Positions 54,676 to 64,000 of a stretch of DNA of 64,000 nucleotides are shown one piece after another. The stretch is from assembly GCA_963842505.1 (NCBI GenBank), contig CAWJGZ010000001.1, positions 2,025,919 to 2,089,918 on the forward strand, given 5' to 3'. Under the pieces are notes generated by a model. That model was not told the origin of the DNA. It did no database searches and worked only from the letters and a program-made list of their open reading frames with translations. The position numbers and the translations under genes are program-made. The DNA is from Bryobacterales bacterium. GTDB lineage: Bacteria > Acidobacteriota > Terriglobia > Bryobacterales > Bryobacteraceae. Each line of letters starts with the position of its first letter. Position 1 is the stretch's first letter.

Positions 54676-55617
54676 ATGTGGCGGGTCAGGATCTGTTTGC
54701 TCACGGGGTTTGCTTCGCTCGCCGCCGTTGCTCTCGTCGTCGCGCGGTCCGACGCCGCGCCGGAAACCATTCGCCTCATCGCGCCCGGCGTATGGTTCCG
54801 CGAAGGCGATATGGAACAAGGCCACTGCAATAACGTGATCATCGAGATGAAAGATTATCTGGTGGTCATCGACGCCAACTATCCCAGCGGCGCCCGCGGC
54901 GCCATGGCCGATTGCAAACGCCTCTCGCCCAAGCCCGTCAGGTACGTCTTCGACACCCACCACCATGGCGACCACGTTTACGGCAACGCGCTCTGGACCG
55001 AGGCCGGCGCCACCACCATAGCTTTTCCGGGCGTCGCCGCCGAAATGAAACGCTTCGAACCGGCACGCTGGCTGGCCGCGGCCAAGAGCCGCCCGGATGT
55101 CGCCGAACTCCATCGCGATGCCCCCGAACCTCCTAAACAGGACATCTCTCCGCCACGGTATGTGCTCACCGACGGCCAGCGCAAAATCGAATTCCTCCAC
55201 TTCGGCTGGGCTCACACGCGCGGCGACGGCTTCGCCTATCTGCCCAAGGAAGAGGTTCTCTGCACCGGCGATGCCGTGGTCAACGGCCCCCACAACGCCA
55301 CCATGGACGCCAACATCGGAAACTGGCCCACCGTTCTGCGGGCCGCTGAAAAGCTGAAAGTGAAGTTCGTGTTGCCGGGCCACGGTGTGCCCGGCGGCCG
55401 CGAATTGATCGCCGGCCAGGAGCAGTTCATGGTGGAGCTGTACAAGGCCGTCAAGAGCGGCGTCGAGCAGGGCAAGTCCGCTGAAGACCTGCAAGCCTCC
55501 GTCAGCCTGCCCGTGGCCGTTAGCAACTGGGTGGCCGAAGCCTCGCTCAAACGCCAGATCAAAGACGCCTACGACGAAATCAAGCAGGGGAAGCCGCGCG
55601 GCGATCTGCCACAATAG
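54676..55617 (+). CDS. MBL-fold metallo-hydrolase (secreted)
   Basis: 313 aa with a signal peptide. Contains FDTHHHGDHVYGN (HxHxDH motif), HTRGD and LPGHG. Confidence 0.85.
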   Translation: MWRVRICLLTGFASLAAVALVVARSDAAPETIRLIAPGVWFREGDMEQGHCNNVIIEMKDYLVVIDANYPSGARGAMADCKRLSPKPVRYVFDTHHHGDHVYGNALWTEAGATTIAFPGVAAEMKRFEPARWLAAAKSRPDVAELHRDAPEPPKQDISPPRYVLTDGQRKIEFLHFGWAHTRGDGFAYLPKEEVLCTGDAVVNGPHNATMDANIGNWPTVLRAAEKLKVKFVLPGHGVPGGRELIAGQEQFMVELYKAVKSGVEQGKSAEDLQASVSLPVAVSNWVAEASLKRQIKDAYDEIKQGKPRGDLPQ

Positions 55618-56173
55618 CGCACGCCGCCAGCCACACCACTGCCAGCGCCCAGCCTGCCACCACGTCGCTCGGATAGTGGAAGCCCAGGTAGACGCGCGAG
55701 AATCCCAGCAGCGCCGCCATCACCACCACCGCGGCGCGCCACCTGGCTCGCGCGGCCAGGATACCGGCCAAAATCCCGAAGTAAACCGCCGGCACAAACG
55801 CGTGCCCGCTCGGGAAGCTGTACGTCTCCGCGGTCGCCAAGCCGAAGAATACCTCCGGCCGCGGCCTGTGAATCAGGGTCTTCAGCAGTTGCAACACCAG
55901 TTCCGCGCTGCCGCTTCCGGCTACCAGCAGATAAGCCGCCCGGCGCTCGCCGCGCCTCCACCAGCGCCACACCAGGATGGCCGCCAGCGGCGCCAGAAAA
56001 TACTCCGAGCCGATCGTTGTGATCGCTTGCATGACCGCCGTCAGCAACGGAGAAGCCCACTCGTGGATGGCCGCCCGCACCGGCAAATCGAACCCGATGG
56101 CGTGGCCGTGCATCACCGGAACCGCCATCGCTGCAAACACCGCCAGCCCGCCAATCGCCGCCGCCGCGCGCAT
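55580..56173 (-). CDS. PAP2-family phosphatase
   Basis: Start at the ATG at 56173 with GGAGGTGA upstream. Contains KTLIHRPRP (KxxxxxxRP), FPSGHA (PSGH) and SRVYLGFHYPSDV (SRxxxxxHxxxD). Confidence 0.85.
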   Translation of the reverse strand: MRAAAAIGGLAVFAAMAVPVMHGHAIGFDLPVRAAIHEWASPLLTAVMQAITTIGSEYFLAPLAAILVWRWWRRGERRAAYLLVAGSGSAELVLQLLKTLIHRPRPEVFFGLATAETYSFPSGHAFVPAVYFGILAGILAARARWRAAVVVMAALLGFSRVYLGFHYPSDVVAGWALAVVWLAACAIVADRRAASPA

Positions 56174-56195
56174 TCTACTCACCTCCGAGCGCTTC

Positions 56196-57257
56196 TCACG
56201 GCGTGATGCTCCCCAGCACCACCGCGCGACGCGCGCCGGTAGCCGAAGGCAGGTTGCTCGGTCTGCGGCGCCATGTTTCATGCGCCAGCAGCGCGAACGC
56301 GATGGCTTCTTTGGCGTCGGCGTCGATGCCATGATCGGTGGATGTGGAGATCGAGGCGGCGGGCAGGAAGCCCGCCAAATGCGCCACGATCTGCGAATTG
56401 TGAACGCCGCCGCCCGAAATGATCAGATCGACGCCGCGGCCGCCGATGGCCATCGCGATTGTGGCCGCCGTCAGCACCGTGGCCGTCGCAATCAAATCGC
56501 GCAGCGGCAGTCCCGTGGCTTTGAGCTGTGCTACAAACGCGGCGCCGTATTGTTCGCGGCCGGCGCTCTTGGGCGGCTTGCGGCGGTAATACGGATCGGC
56601 CAGCAATTCGTCGAGCAGCGCCGGGTCCACGCGGCCGGAAGCGGCGATCTTTCCACCGCGGTCGTAAGGCTGGCCCATTTCGCGTGCCAGCGCGTCGATC
56701 ACCATGTTGCCGGGGCCGGTGTCAAAGGCCACCACATCCGCCGGCGCGGCGGCGGGCGGGATCACCGTGATGTTGGCAATGCCGCCGATGTTGAGCGCCA
56801 CGCGCGTGCGCCTGGGATGGCGGAAGAGCAGATAGTCGACGTACGGAACCAGCGGCGCGCCCTGGCCGCCAGCGGCGATATCGCGCGCGCGGAAGCCCGA
56901 AACCACCGGCAGGCCCGTGCGCTCCGCCAGGATGGCGGGTTCGCCGAGTTGCAGCGTGTTTAAGCCGCCTTCGTGATAGACCGTCTGGCCGTGGCACCCG
57001 ATCAGATCCACCGGCCCGAAGCGGCGCATGGCGCGCAACACGGCGCGGGCGTAGAGTTCGGCGAGTTGGAAGTTCAGCCGCGAGATGGCGGACGTGTGTG
57101 CCGCCGCGTCGGAGACCGCCAGGATAGCGGCGCGCGTCGCTTCCGCATACGGCGTCGAAAGAAAGCCAATGGTACGGATGCGCCGGCCCAGCACTTCGAC
57201 GATGGCTACGTCGATGCCGTCGAGCGACGTGCCGCTCATGACTCCGGCGATCCTCAC
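56196..57257 (-). CDS. anmK: anhydro-N-acetylmuramic acid kinase
   Basis: 353 aa. Contains GVMSGTSLDGIDVA, GCHGQTVYH, DIAAGGQGAPLVP, NIGGIANIT, FDTGPGNMVID and ISGGGVHN. Confidence 0.9.
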   Translation of the reverse strand: MRIAGVMSGTSLDGIDVAIVEVLGRRIRTIGFLSTPYAEATRAAILAVSDAAAHTSAISRLNFQLAELYARAVLRAMRRFGPVDLIGCHGQTVYHEGGLNTLQLGEPAILAERTGLPVVSGFRARDIAAGGQGAPLVPYVDYLLFRHPRRTRVALNIGGIANITVIPPAAAPADVVAFDTGPGNMVIDALAREMGQPYDRGGKIAASGRVDPALLDELLADPYYRRKPPKSAGREQYGAAFVAQLKATGLPLRDLIATATVLTAATIAMAIGGRGVDLIISGGGVHNSQIVAHLAGFLPAASISTSTDHGIDADAKEAIAFALLAHETWRRRPSNLPSATGARRAVVLGSITP

Positions 57258-59866
57258 GGCCGCTTCAACTCCTTCTGCAGCTCGCTCAAGAGCTGTAGCG
57301 CTTCGATGGGCCGCAACTGGTCGAGGTCGAGGTTGCGGATGCGTTCCGCCATGCCGTAGCCCACCGGCTCGAAAAGCTGGATCTGCACCGGCCCGGTCTC
57401 TTCCGGTTTCCCCAGTTCCTCGCTGACGGCTTGCTCGTTGCGTTCGTGCAGCTTCAAGACTTCCCGCGCTCGCTCGATGACGCTCAACGGCAGGCCGGCC
57501 AGGCGCGCCACTTCGATGCCGTAGCTGCGGTCGGCGCGGCCCGGGTCCACCTTGCGCAGGAAAATGATGTGATCGCCGGCCTCTTTCACCGACACCTTCA
57601 GGTTGCGCACGCCATCGAGCAGATCCGCCAGTTCCGTTAGCTCGTGGTAGTGGGTCGCGAAGAGCGTCTTGGCACGCGTGTGCGTGTGGATGTGCTCCAC
57701 TACCGCCCAGGCCAGCGCCAGGCCGTCGAAGGTAGCGGTTCCGCGGCCGATTTCATCGAGCACGATGAAGCTGCGCGGCGTGGCCGTGTTCAGGATCACC
57801 GCCGTCTCCGTCATCTCCACCATAAAGGTGGAGCGGCCGCGCGCCAGGTTGTCCGACGCGCCAATGCGCGTGAAGATGCGGTCGATGATGGGAAGACTAG
57901 CAGCCTCGGCCGGCACGAACGAGCCCATCTGCGCCAGAATCGCGATCAATGCGGCCTGTCGCAGATAGGTGGATTTGCCGCCCATGTTGGGGCCGGTGAT
58001 GATGGCGATCAGGTTGGTGGAATCGTTGAGGTAGAGATCGTTCGGAATGAAGTGGCCGGATTCCTGGTCGGTGAGGCGTTCAATCACGGGATGGCGGCCG
58101 GCCAGAATGCGCATTTCGCCGTCTTCCGAAAAAGTCGGCCGCTGGTAGCGGTTTTCCGCCGCCACTTGAGCCAGGCAAGCCGTGACGTCCAGCTCGGCCA
58201 CCGCCGCGGCGGTAGCGCGCACGCGCTGCGCCTGCGCGGCGGCGCGCTTGCGAACATCGGCAAAAAGCTCTTTTTCCAGCGTGAGAATCTTGTCTTCCGC
58301 GGCCAGTACTTTGTGTTCGTAATCTTTCAGCTCGGGAGTGGTGTAACGCTCCGCGCCGGCTAAGGTCTGCTTGCGTTCGTAATCGGGCGGAGCCAGGTGC
58401 AGGTTGGCGCGCGTGATTTCTATGTAATATCCGAAGACGTTATTGAAGCGGACCTTGAGGGATTGAATGCCGGTGCGCTGGCGTTCACGGGCTTCAATCT
58501 GGGCGATGTACTGGCGCCCGTTCAGGCTAAGATCGCGCAGTTCGTCCAGTTCTGCGTGGTAACCGGCGCGGATGGCGCCGCCATCGGCAATATTGAGCGG
58601 CGGCTCATCCGAAATGGCTTCCAGAATCAGGTTGGCGACGTCGGGCAGCTCGTCCAGCCGTTCATGGATCGCGCGCAGCCGCAGCGCCTGCTGTGTGTCG
58701 AAGCATCGTTTGAGCGCCGGAATCTTCTCGAGCGACCGGCCGAGCGCCAGCAGGTCGCGCGGACCGGCCGACCCCAGGGTGATTTTGGAGAGCAGCCTTT
58801 CCAGATCGAGGATGCCGCCAAGCTGTTTGCGCAGTTCCGCGCGCAGGATGGTCTGCTGCAGCAGTTCGCCCGCGGCGTCGAGGCGCTCCTCGATTTCGGC
58901 GCGGTCCATGGATGGCCGCAGCAGCCGTTGCCGCAGCAGACGCCCGCCCATGCCGGTCAGGGTTTGATCGAGCACGGCCAGCACGGTGGCTTCGGGTTGC
59001 GGGCCGCCGGCGTCGGCCGCGAAGAGCGGCTCGATCAGTTCCAGGTTGCGGACGGTGACGGCGTCAAGCACCATGGAATCGGCGCGATCGTAGAACGTCG
59101 GGCGGTCCAGGTGGTCGAGCGCGGCGCGCTGCGTATCCCGGAGGTAGTGCAGGATGGCGCCGGCGGCGCTGGTCGCAGCCGGCCGGTTGGCCAGGCCGCA
59201 ACCATCCAGCGTCAGCAGTTTGAAATGGTCGCGCAACGTGCGGCCGGCATAATCGGCCGTGAAGATCCACTCTTCGAGCTCAGTGCGTGTGAAGCGCGGG
59301 TTTGTTCGCTCCTGCTCGAGCAGCGGCAACTCGCCGGGGAAGAGCACTTCGCGCGCGCCCAGTTGTTCCAGCACGCCGCCGACTTCGGCCGGTTCCACTT
59401 CCGTCACGCGGAATTCGCCGGTCGACAAATCGACGTGCGCCACCGCGGCGCGCCCTCCGGCCTGTGCCACGGCCGCCAGGTAATTGTTCTCTCGCGCGCG
59501 CACCAGGTTCGCGTCCATGGCGGTGCCCGGCGTGACAATCCGCGTGATTTCGCGCTTGACCAGTTTCTTGGCCAGCTTGGGATCTTCCATCTGGTCGCAA
59601 ATGGCCACGCGGTATCCGCGCTGGATCAGGCGGGCGACGTATCCATCCGCGGCGTGGTAAGGGACGCCGCACATGGGGATGGCGGCGCCTTTTTCCTTGT
59701 TTCGGGCGGTCAGCGTGATTTCTAGCTCGCGCGCCGCCACCACGGCGTCTTCAAAGAACAGCTCGTAGAAATCGCCCAGGCGGAACATCAGCAGGGCCCC
59801 GGGCACCTGCTGCTTGATGCTGTTGTATTGCCGCATGAGCGGCGTGGAGGCGTCGGACGCCATCAA
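57254..59866 (-). CDS. mutS: DNA mismatch repair protein MutS
   Basis: 870 aa. Contains TPLMRQYNSIKQQ, FRLGDFYELFFEDA, ITGPNMGGKSTYLRQ (Walker A) and STFMVEM..T, LDEIGRGT. Confidence 0.97.
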   Translation of the reverse strand: MMASDASTPLMRQYNSIKQQVPGALLMFRLGDFYELFFEDAVVAARELEITLTARNKEKGAAIPMCGVPYHAADGYVARLIQRGYRVAICDQMEDPKLAKKLVKREITRIVTPGTAMDANLVRARENNYLAAVAQAGGRAAVAHVDLSTGEFRVTEVEPAEVGGVLEQLGAREVLFPGELPLLEQERTNPRFTRTELEEWIFTADYAGRTLRDHFKLLTLDGCGLANRPAATSAAGAILHYLRDTQRAALDHLDRPTFYDRADSMVLDAVTVRNLELIEPLFAADAGGPQPEATVLAVLDQTLTGMGGRLLRQRLLRPSMDRAEIEERLDAAGELLQQTILRAELRKQLGGILDLERLLSKITLGSAGPRDLLALGRSLEKIPALKRCFDTQQALRLRAIHERLDELPDVANLILEAISDEPPLNIADGGAIRAGYHAELDELRDLSLNGRQYIAQIEARERQRTGIQSLKVRFNNVFGYYIEITRANLHLAPPDYERKQTLAGAERYTTPELKDYEHKVLAAEDKILTLEKELFADVRKRAAAQAQRVRATAAAVAELDVTACLAQVAAENRYQRPTFSEDGEMRILAGRHPVIERLTDQESGHFIPNDLYLNDSTNLIAIITGPNMGGKSTYLRQAALIAILAQMGSFVPAEAASLPIIDRIFTRIGASDNLARGRSTFMVEMTETAVILNTATPRSFIVLDEIGRGTATFDGLALAWAVVEHIHTHTRAKTLFATHYHELTELADLLDGVRNLKVSVKEAGDHIIFLRKVDPGRADRSYGIEVARLAGLPLSVIERAREVLKLHERNEQAVSEELGKPEETGPVQIQLFEPVGYGMAERIRNLDLDQLRPIEALQLLSELQKELKRP

Positions 59867-59878
59867 ACGCGCCCCGTC

Positions 59879-61162
<1,284 letters not shown>

Positions 61163-61213
61163 GGCGAACCCTCCCTCAACATTGTATTATGCGGTCAGGG
61201 AACGCGGGCCGCA

Positions 61214-62680
61214 TTATCCACCCAGCAACTCGAGCGCCTTTAGAACCACGGGGTCGCGCTGCAATTCCACCTGGTCGCCGCGTTCCACGCCGAATGCCTG
61301 GTTGAAGATCTCGGCTTTGATCCGGCTCCGCAGAAAATCGGCTTCCATAGCCCACTCGCCGATATTCGGCTGGATGCCGCGGGCGGCCGCGAAGACTTCG
61401 AATTCGTCCAGAATAGCCGGCGTCACTTCGAAATCGGCGTCCACCTTGTTGCGCTGCAAATAGTCGGTGGCGAAGCTGGTGATGGAGCCGCTGGCATCGA
61501 GCGCGATCCGCAAGCGGTTCAGGGGCGTCGGGCCTACCAGGTGATCCGGGCGAATCCCGCCTCCGCCGGTTACCGTGCGCCCCTTGTCGGTAAGAAACTC
61601 CTGCTGCTGGTTGGGGTGAACGGTGGCGGCGGCCAGTTGGAACTGGCTGGTATCGAGCGGCTTCTGAATGGAGCGGCCACTGGGCGTATAGTAGAGCGCC
61701 GTGGTGAGCGCCAGGCCCGCATTCTCGCTCAGCGTGAAAACGCTCTGTACCAGACCCTTGCCGTAACTGACTTCACCCACGATGGTGGCGCGGTCGTGGT
61801 CCTGCAGCGCGCCCGAGACAATCTCGGAAGCGCTGGCCGATTTTTTGTTGATCAGCAGCACCAGTTTGAAGCCGTACGGCGAAGCCGTCTCGGGCACATC
61901 CTCCGCTTTCTCCGGCACGCCGCGGCCGCGGATCGTAAAAACCTGTTGTCCTGGCTGGAGGAACAGCGCGGCCGTCTCCAGCGCCGCCGACACCACGCCT
62001 CCCGGGTTATTGCGCAGGTCCAGCACCAGGCTGGCCAGATGCTCTCCACCCAGCTTTTCGATGGCGCGGCGGATATCCTTGCCGGTCCTTTCATCGAAAC
62101 TGGCAGCCCGGATATAACCGATGCCCGGGCCAATGAAAAACGTGCGGTCGACGCTCGGCGTCTCCATGTCCTCGGGGGTCAGCACCATCCGCGTAATCCC
62201 GCTGCTCCCCGGCCTCCGGACATCCAGTTGCGCCGGCCGCTGGCGCGATTCGGTGAGCAATTCGGTAAGCTGATCGAGATCCAGGCGGTTGACGCTATAC
62301 CCGTTGACCGCCATGATTTCGTCGCCGGCCGCCAGCCCCGCTTTCGCCGACGGCGTGCCCGGCAGGGTTTGCAGCACGATCACGCGCCCCGGCAGCAGCG
62401 AAACGATCGTGCCGAAGCCCTTCTGCGTGGACGCTTCCATTTTGCGCAACTGGTCGAACTGGCCGGGATCGAAGAAGACCGAATGCGGGTCCAGCTTGCG
62501 CAACAACCCTGGAATGGCGCCCTGATAAAAAGCCTGGTCGGAGGAAATCGGCGTGGCGGCATTCTGCTCGACGAGGGCGAAGGCCTCGATGGCTCTCTTG
62601 ATTTGCGTGTCGAGGTCGTCCGCGGCGGTCAGCGCTAGGGCGGTGAAGAGCAGGGTGATGATGGAACGAAACATCGGCAA
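61214..62680 (-). CDS. S41-family C-terminal processing peptidase
   Basis: 488 aa with a signal peptide. PDZ region PGTPSAKAGLAAGDEI. Contains LDLRNNPGG, SASASEI (Ser nucleophile) and YGKGLVQ (Lys). Confidence 0.9.
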   Translation of the reverse strand: MPMFRSIITLLFTALALTAADDLDTQIKRAIEAFALVEQNAATPISSDQAFYQGAIPGLLRKLDPHSVFFDPGQFDQLRKMEASTQKGFGTIVSLLPGRVIVLQTLPGTPSAKAGLAAGDEIMAVNGYSVNRLDLDQLTELLTESRQRPAQLDVRRPGSSGITRMVLTPEDMETPSVDRTFFIGPGIGYIRAASFDERTGKDIRRAIEKLGGEHLASLVLDLRNNPGGVVSAALETAALFLQPGQQVFTIRGRGVPEKAEDVPETASPYGFKLVLLINKKSASASEIVSGALQDHDRATIVGEVSYGKGLVQSVFTLSENAGLALTTALYYTPSGRSIQKPLDTSQFQLAAATVHPNQQQEFLTDKGRTVTGGGGIRPDHLVGPTPLNRLRIALDASGSITSFATDYLQRNKVDADFEVTPAILDEFEVFAAARGIQPNIGEWAMEADFLRSRIKAEIFNQAFGVERGDQVELQRDPVVLKALELLGG

Positions 62681-62763
62681 GACCAGTGTTCCTCTATTCT
62701 ATCGCGGTGGAAGAGACGATCGCCCTTTGTCGCCTGTTGGCCGCCGGATCGGTCCGCACCATG

Positions 62764-63741
62764 CTACCGCGCGAACCTGGTGGCCTTCTTCTGTGCATGG
62801 CGCTGGAGCGCCAGGACGATGAGCTGGTCGACCAACGCGGCAAAGCTCACGCCGCTCTGCTCCCACATCTTCGGAAACATGCTGATCGACGTGAAGCCGG
62901 GGATGGTATTGATTTCGTTGATATACAGCTTTCCGGTGGCGGCTTCGAGCAGAAAATCGACGCGGCCCATGCCTTCGCACTCCACCGCGCGGTAGCATTC
63001 CACGGCCAGGCGCCGCAATTCGCCGGTCGTTTCGGGCGGAAGATCGGCGGGCACCTTCGTCTTGGCTAGGTCGAGCAGGTACTTGTCGTCGTAGTCGTAG
63101 AAATCGCGCGATGGCAGAATCTCACAGGGCAGGGAAGCCACCGGCTCTTCGTTCCCCAGCACCGAGCATTCGAGTTCGCGGCCAATGATCGCCCGCTCGA
63201 CGATCACTTTGCGGTCGTATTGCGCGGCCAGCGCTACGGCGGCTTGCAACTCGGCGCGGTTGCGGGCTTTCGAAATGCCAACCGAAGAGCCCAGGTTGGC
63301 GGGCTTGACGAACATTGGGAAAGGCAGGCGGCGGCAGGCTTCGTCCACCTCCGGCTTTTGCCGCGTTACCGTGACGTAGTCTACCACCGGCAACAAACGT
63401 TCCGCGCAGACACGCTTCATCATCTCTTTATCCATCGCGACGGCCGACCCCAGCACGCCCGCGCCCACATACGGCAGATCGGCCAGCTCAAACAGGCCCT
63501 GCACCGTGCCATCTTCGCCGAACGTGCCGTGCAGCACCGGAAAGACCACGTCGATTCCCGGGTGCGCGCCGGGCTCCGGACGAATCGCTTCGGGCTTCCA
63601 CTTGCCGCTTTGATCGATAAAGTATTCGAGCTTCTCGTACTTGGCCGGATCGAGTGCGTCCAGAACGGCTCGCGCCGAACGCACCGACACCTCATGTTCC
63701 CCGCTGCGACCGCCGTAAACGACGGCTACCCGTAGTTTCAT
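62764..63741 (-). CDS. ddl: D-alanine--D-alanine ligase
   Basis: 325 aa. Contains [46 protein letters not shown] and EINTIPGFT. Confidence 0.95.
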   Translation of the reverse strand: MKLRVAVVYGGRSGEHEVSVRSARAVLDALDPAKYEKLEYFIDQSGKWKPEAIRPEPGAHPGIDVVFPVLHGTFGEDGTVQGLFELADLPYVGAGVLGSAVAMDKEMMKRVCAERLLPVVDYVTVTRQKPEVDEACRRLPFPMFVKPANLGSSVGISKARNRAELQAAVALAAQYDRKVIVERAIIGRELECSVLGNEEPVASLPCEILPSRDFYDYDDKYLLDLAKTKVPADLPPETTGELRRLAVECYRAVECEGMGRVDFLLEAATGKLYINEINTIPGFTSISMFPKMWEQSGVSFAALVDQLIVLALQRHAQKKATRFAR

Positions 63742-64000
63742 AGAATTCGTTTTCCCAGTCCGGACATCACCAACTCCACGGCGAGATCGGCCGTGCGGTT
63801 GGCTTCGTCGATCACGGGATTCACTTCCACCACTTCGATCGACGTCACGTTGCGGGAATCACAGAGCATTTCCATTGCCAGATGCGCTTCACGGTAAGTC
63901 GTGCCGCCGCGCACCGCCGTTCCCACGCCCGGCGCGTCCTTGGGATCCACGAAATCCATATCCAGCGAAACGTGGAAACCAGCCGTGCCTTCGGAAGCCG
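63738..64000 (-). CDS. arginase/agmatinase/formiminoglutamase-family protein, C-terminal part (the 5' end lies beyond the window)
   Basis: Minus-strand reading from the window edge gives ...[37 protein letters not shown]......IEVVEVNP..D....TA.LAVEL, typical of the ureohydrolase C-terminus. Its stop overlaps the ddl start by 4 nt. Confidence 0.8.
   Translation of the reverse strand, partial: ASEGTAGFHVSLDMDFVDPKDAPGVGTAVRGGTTYREAHLAMEMLCDSRNVTSIEVVEVNPVIDEANRTADLAVELVMSGLGKRIL

Overview
This is a high-GC chromosomal segment that looks acidobacterial (Solibacter/Bryobacter-like). That inference rests on two ADOP-type duplicated MacB/FtsX permeases, a TIGR03435-family protein and many CarboxypepD_reg-type secreted proteins. 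Most of the window is ordinary core genome: hemL, mutS, anmK, ddl, glutamate dehydrogenase, an S41 protease, M14 and M48 peptidases, tRNA-Sec (selC) and a PAP2 phosphatase. A large respiratory operon encodes a Rieske protein, a split cytochrome b, a 1027-aa octaheme cytochrome c and a cupredoxin. It is followed by translationally coupled oxidase-biogenesis genes: ctaB, an ABC-2 transporter, SCO and DUF420. Three unrelated insertion sequences are present. An IS110-family element splits a 58-codon ORF. An IS1202/ISNCY-like element has an 18-bp target duplication that covers the first in-frame ATG of the TIGR03435-family ORF. An IS3-family element has a T_TTT_TTG frameshift site. The clearest accessory region is 44760..49790. 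By eye it is more AT-rich, and it holds the IS3 copy, an odd GTTTTCC direct-repeat array and a 725-aa orphan protein that combines a NERD/PD-(D/E)xK-like nuclease motif with a C-terminal SEC-C zinc motif. That protein is my best candidate for an undescribed single-gene defence or mobile-element function, but this is inference only. Other unexplained structure includes dispersed identical GC-rich hairpins, a perfect 28-bp palindrome, a 94-bp tandem duplication, and a NucS-like nuclease-domain gene paired with a DUF697-like gene. No rRNA or CRISPR was seen. The ORF track shows non-ATG starts as M; I checked this at 9659 TTG, 25593 GTG, 35003 TTG, 36885 GTG, 39074 TTG, 45269 TTG and 46974 TTG. 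Many long track ORFs are antisense or out-of-frame shadows typical of high-GC DNA. All family calls come from motif recognition by eye, and no database search was run.
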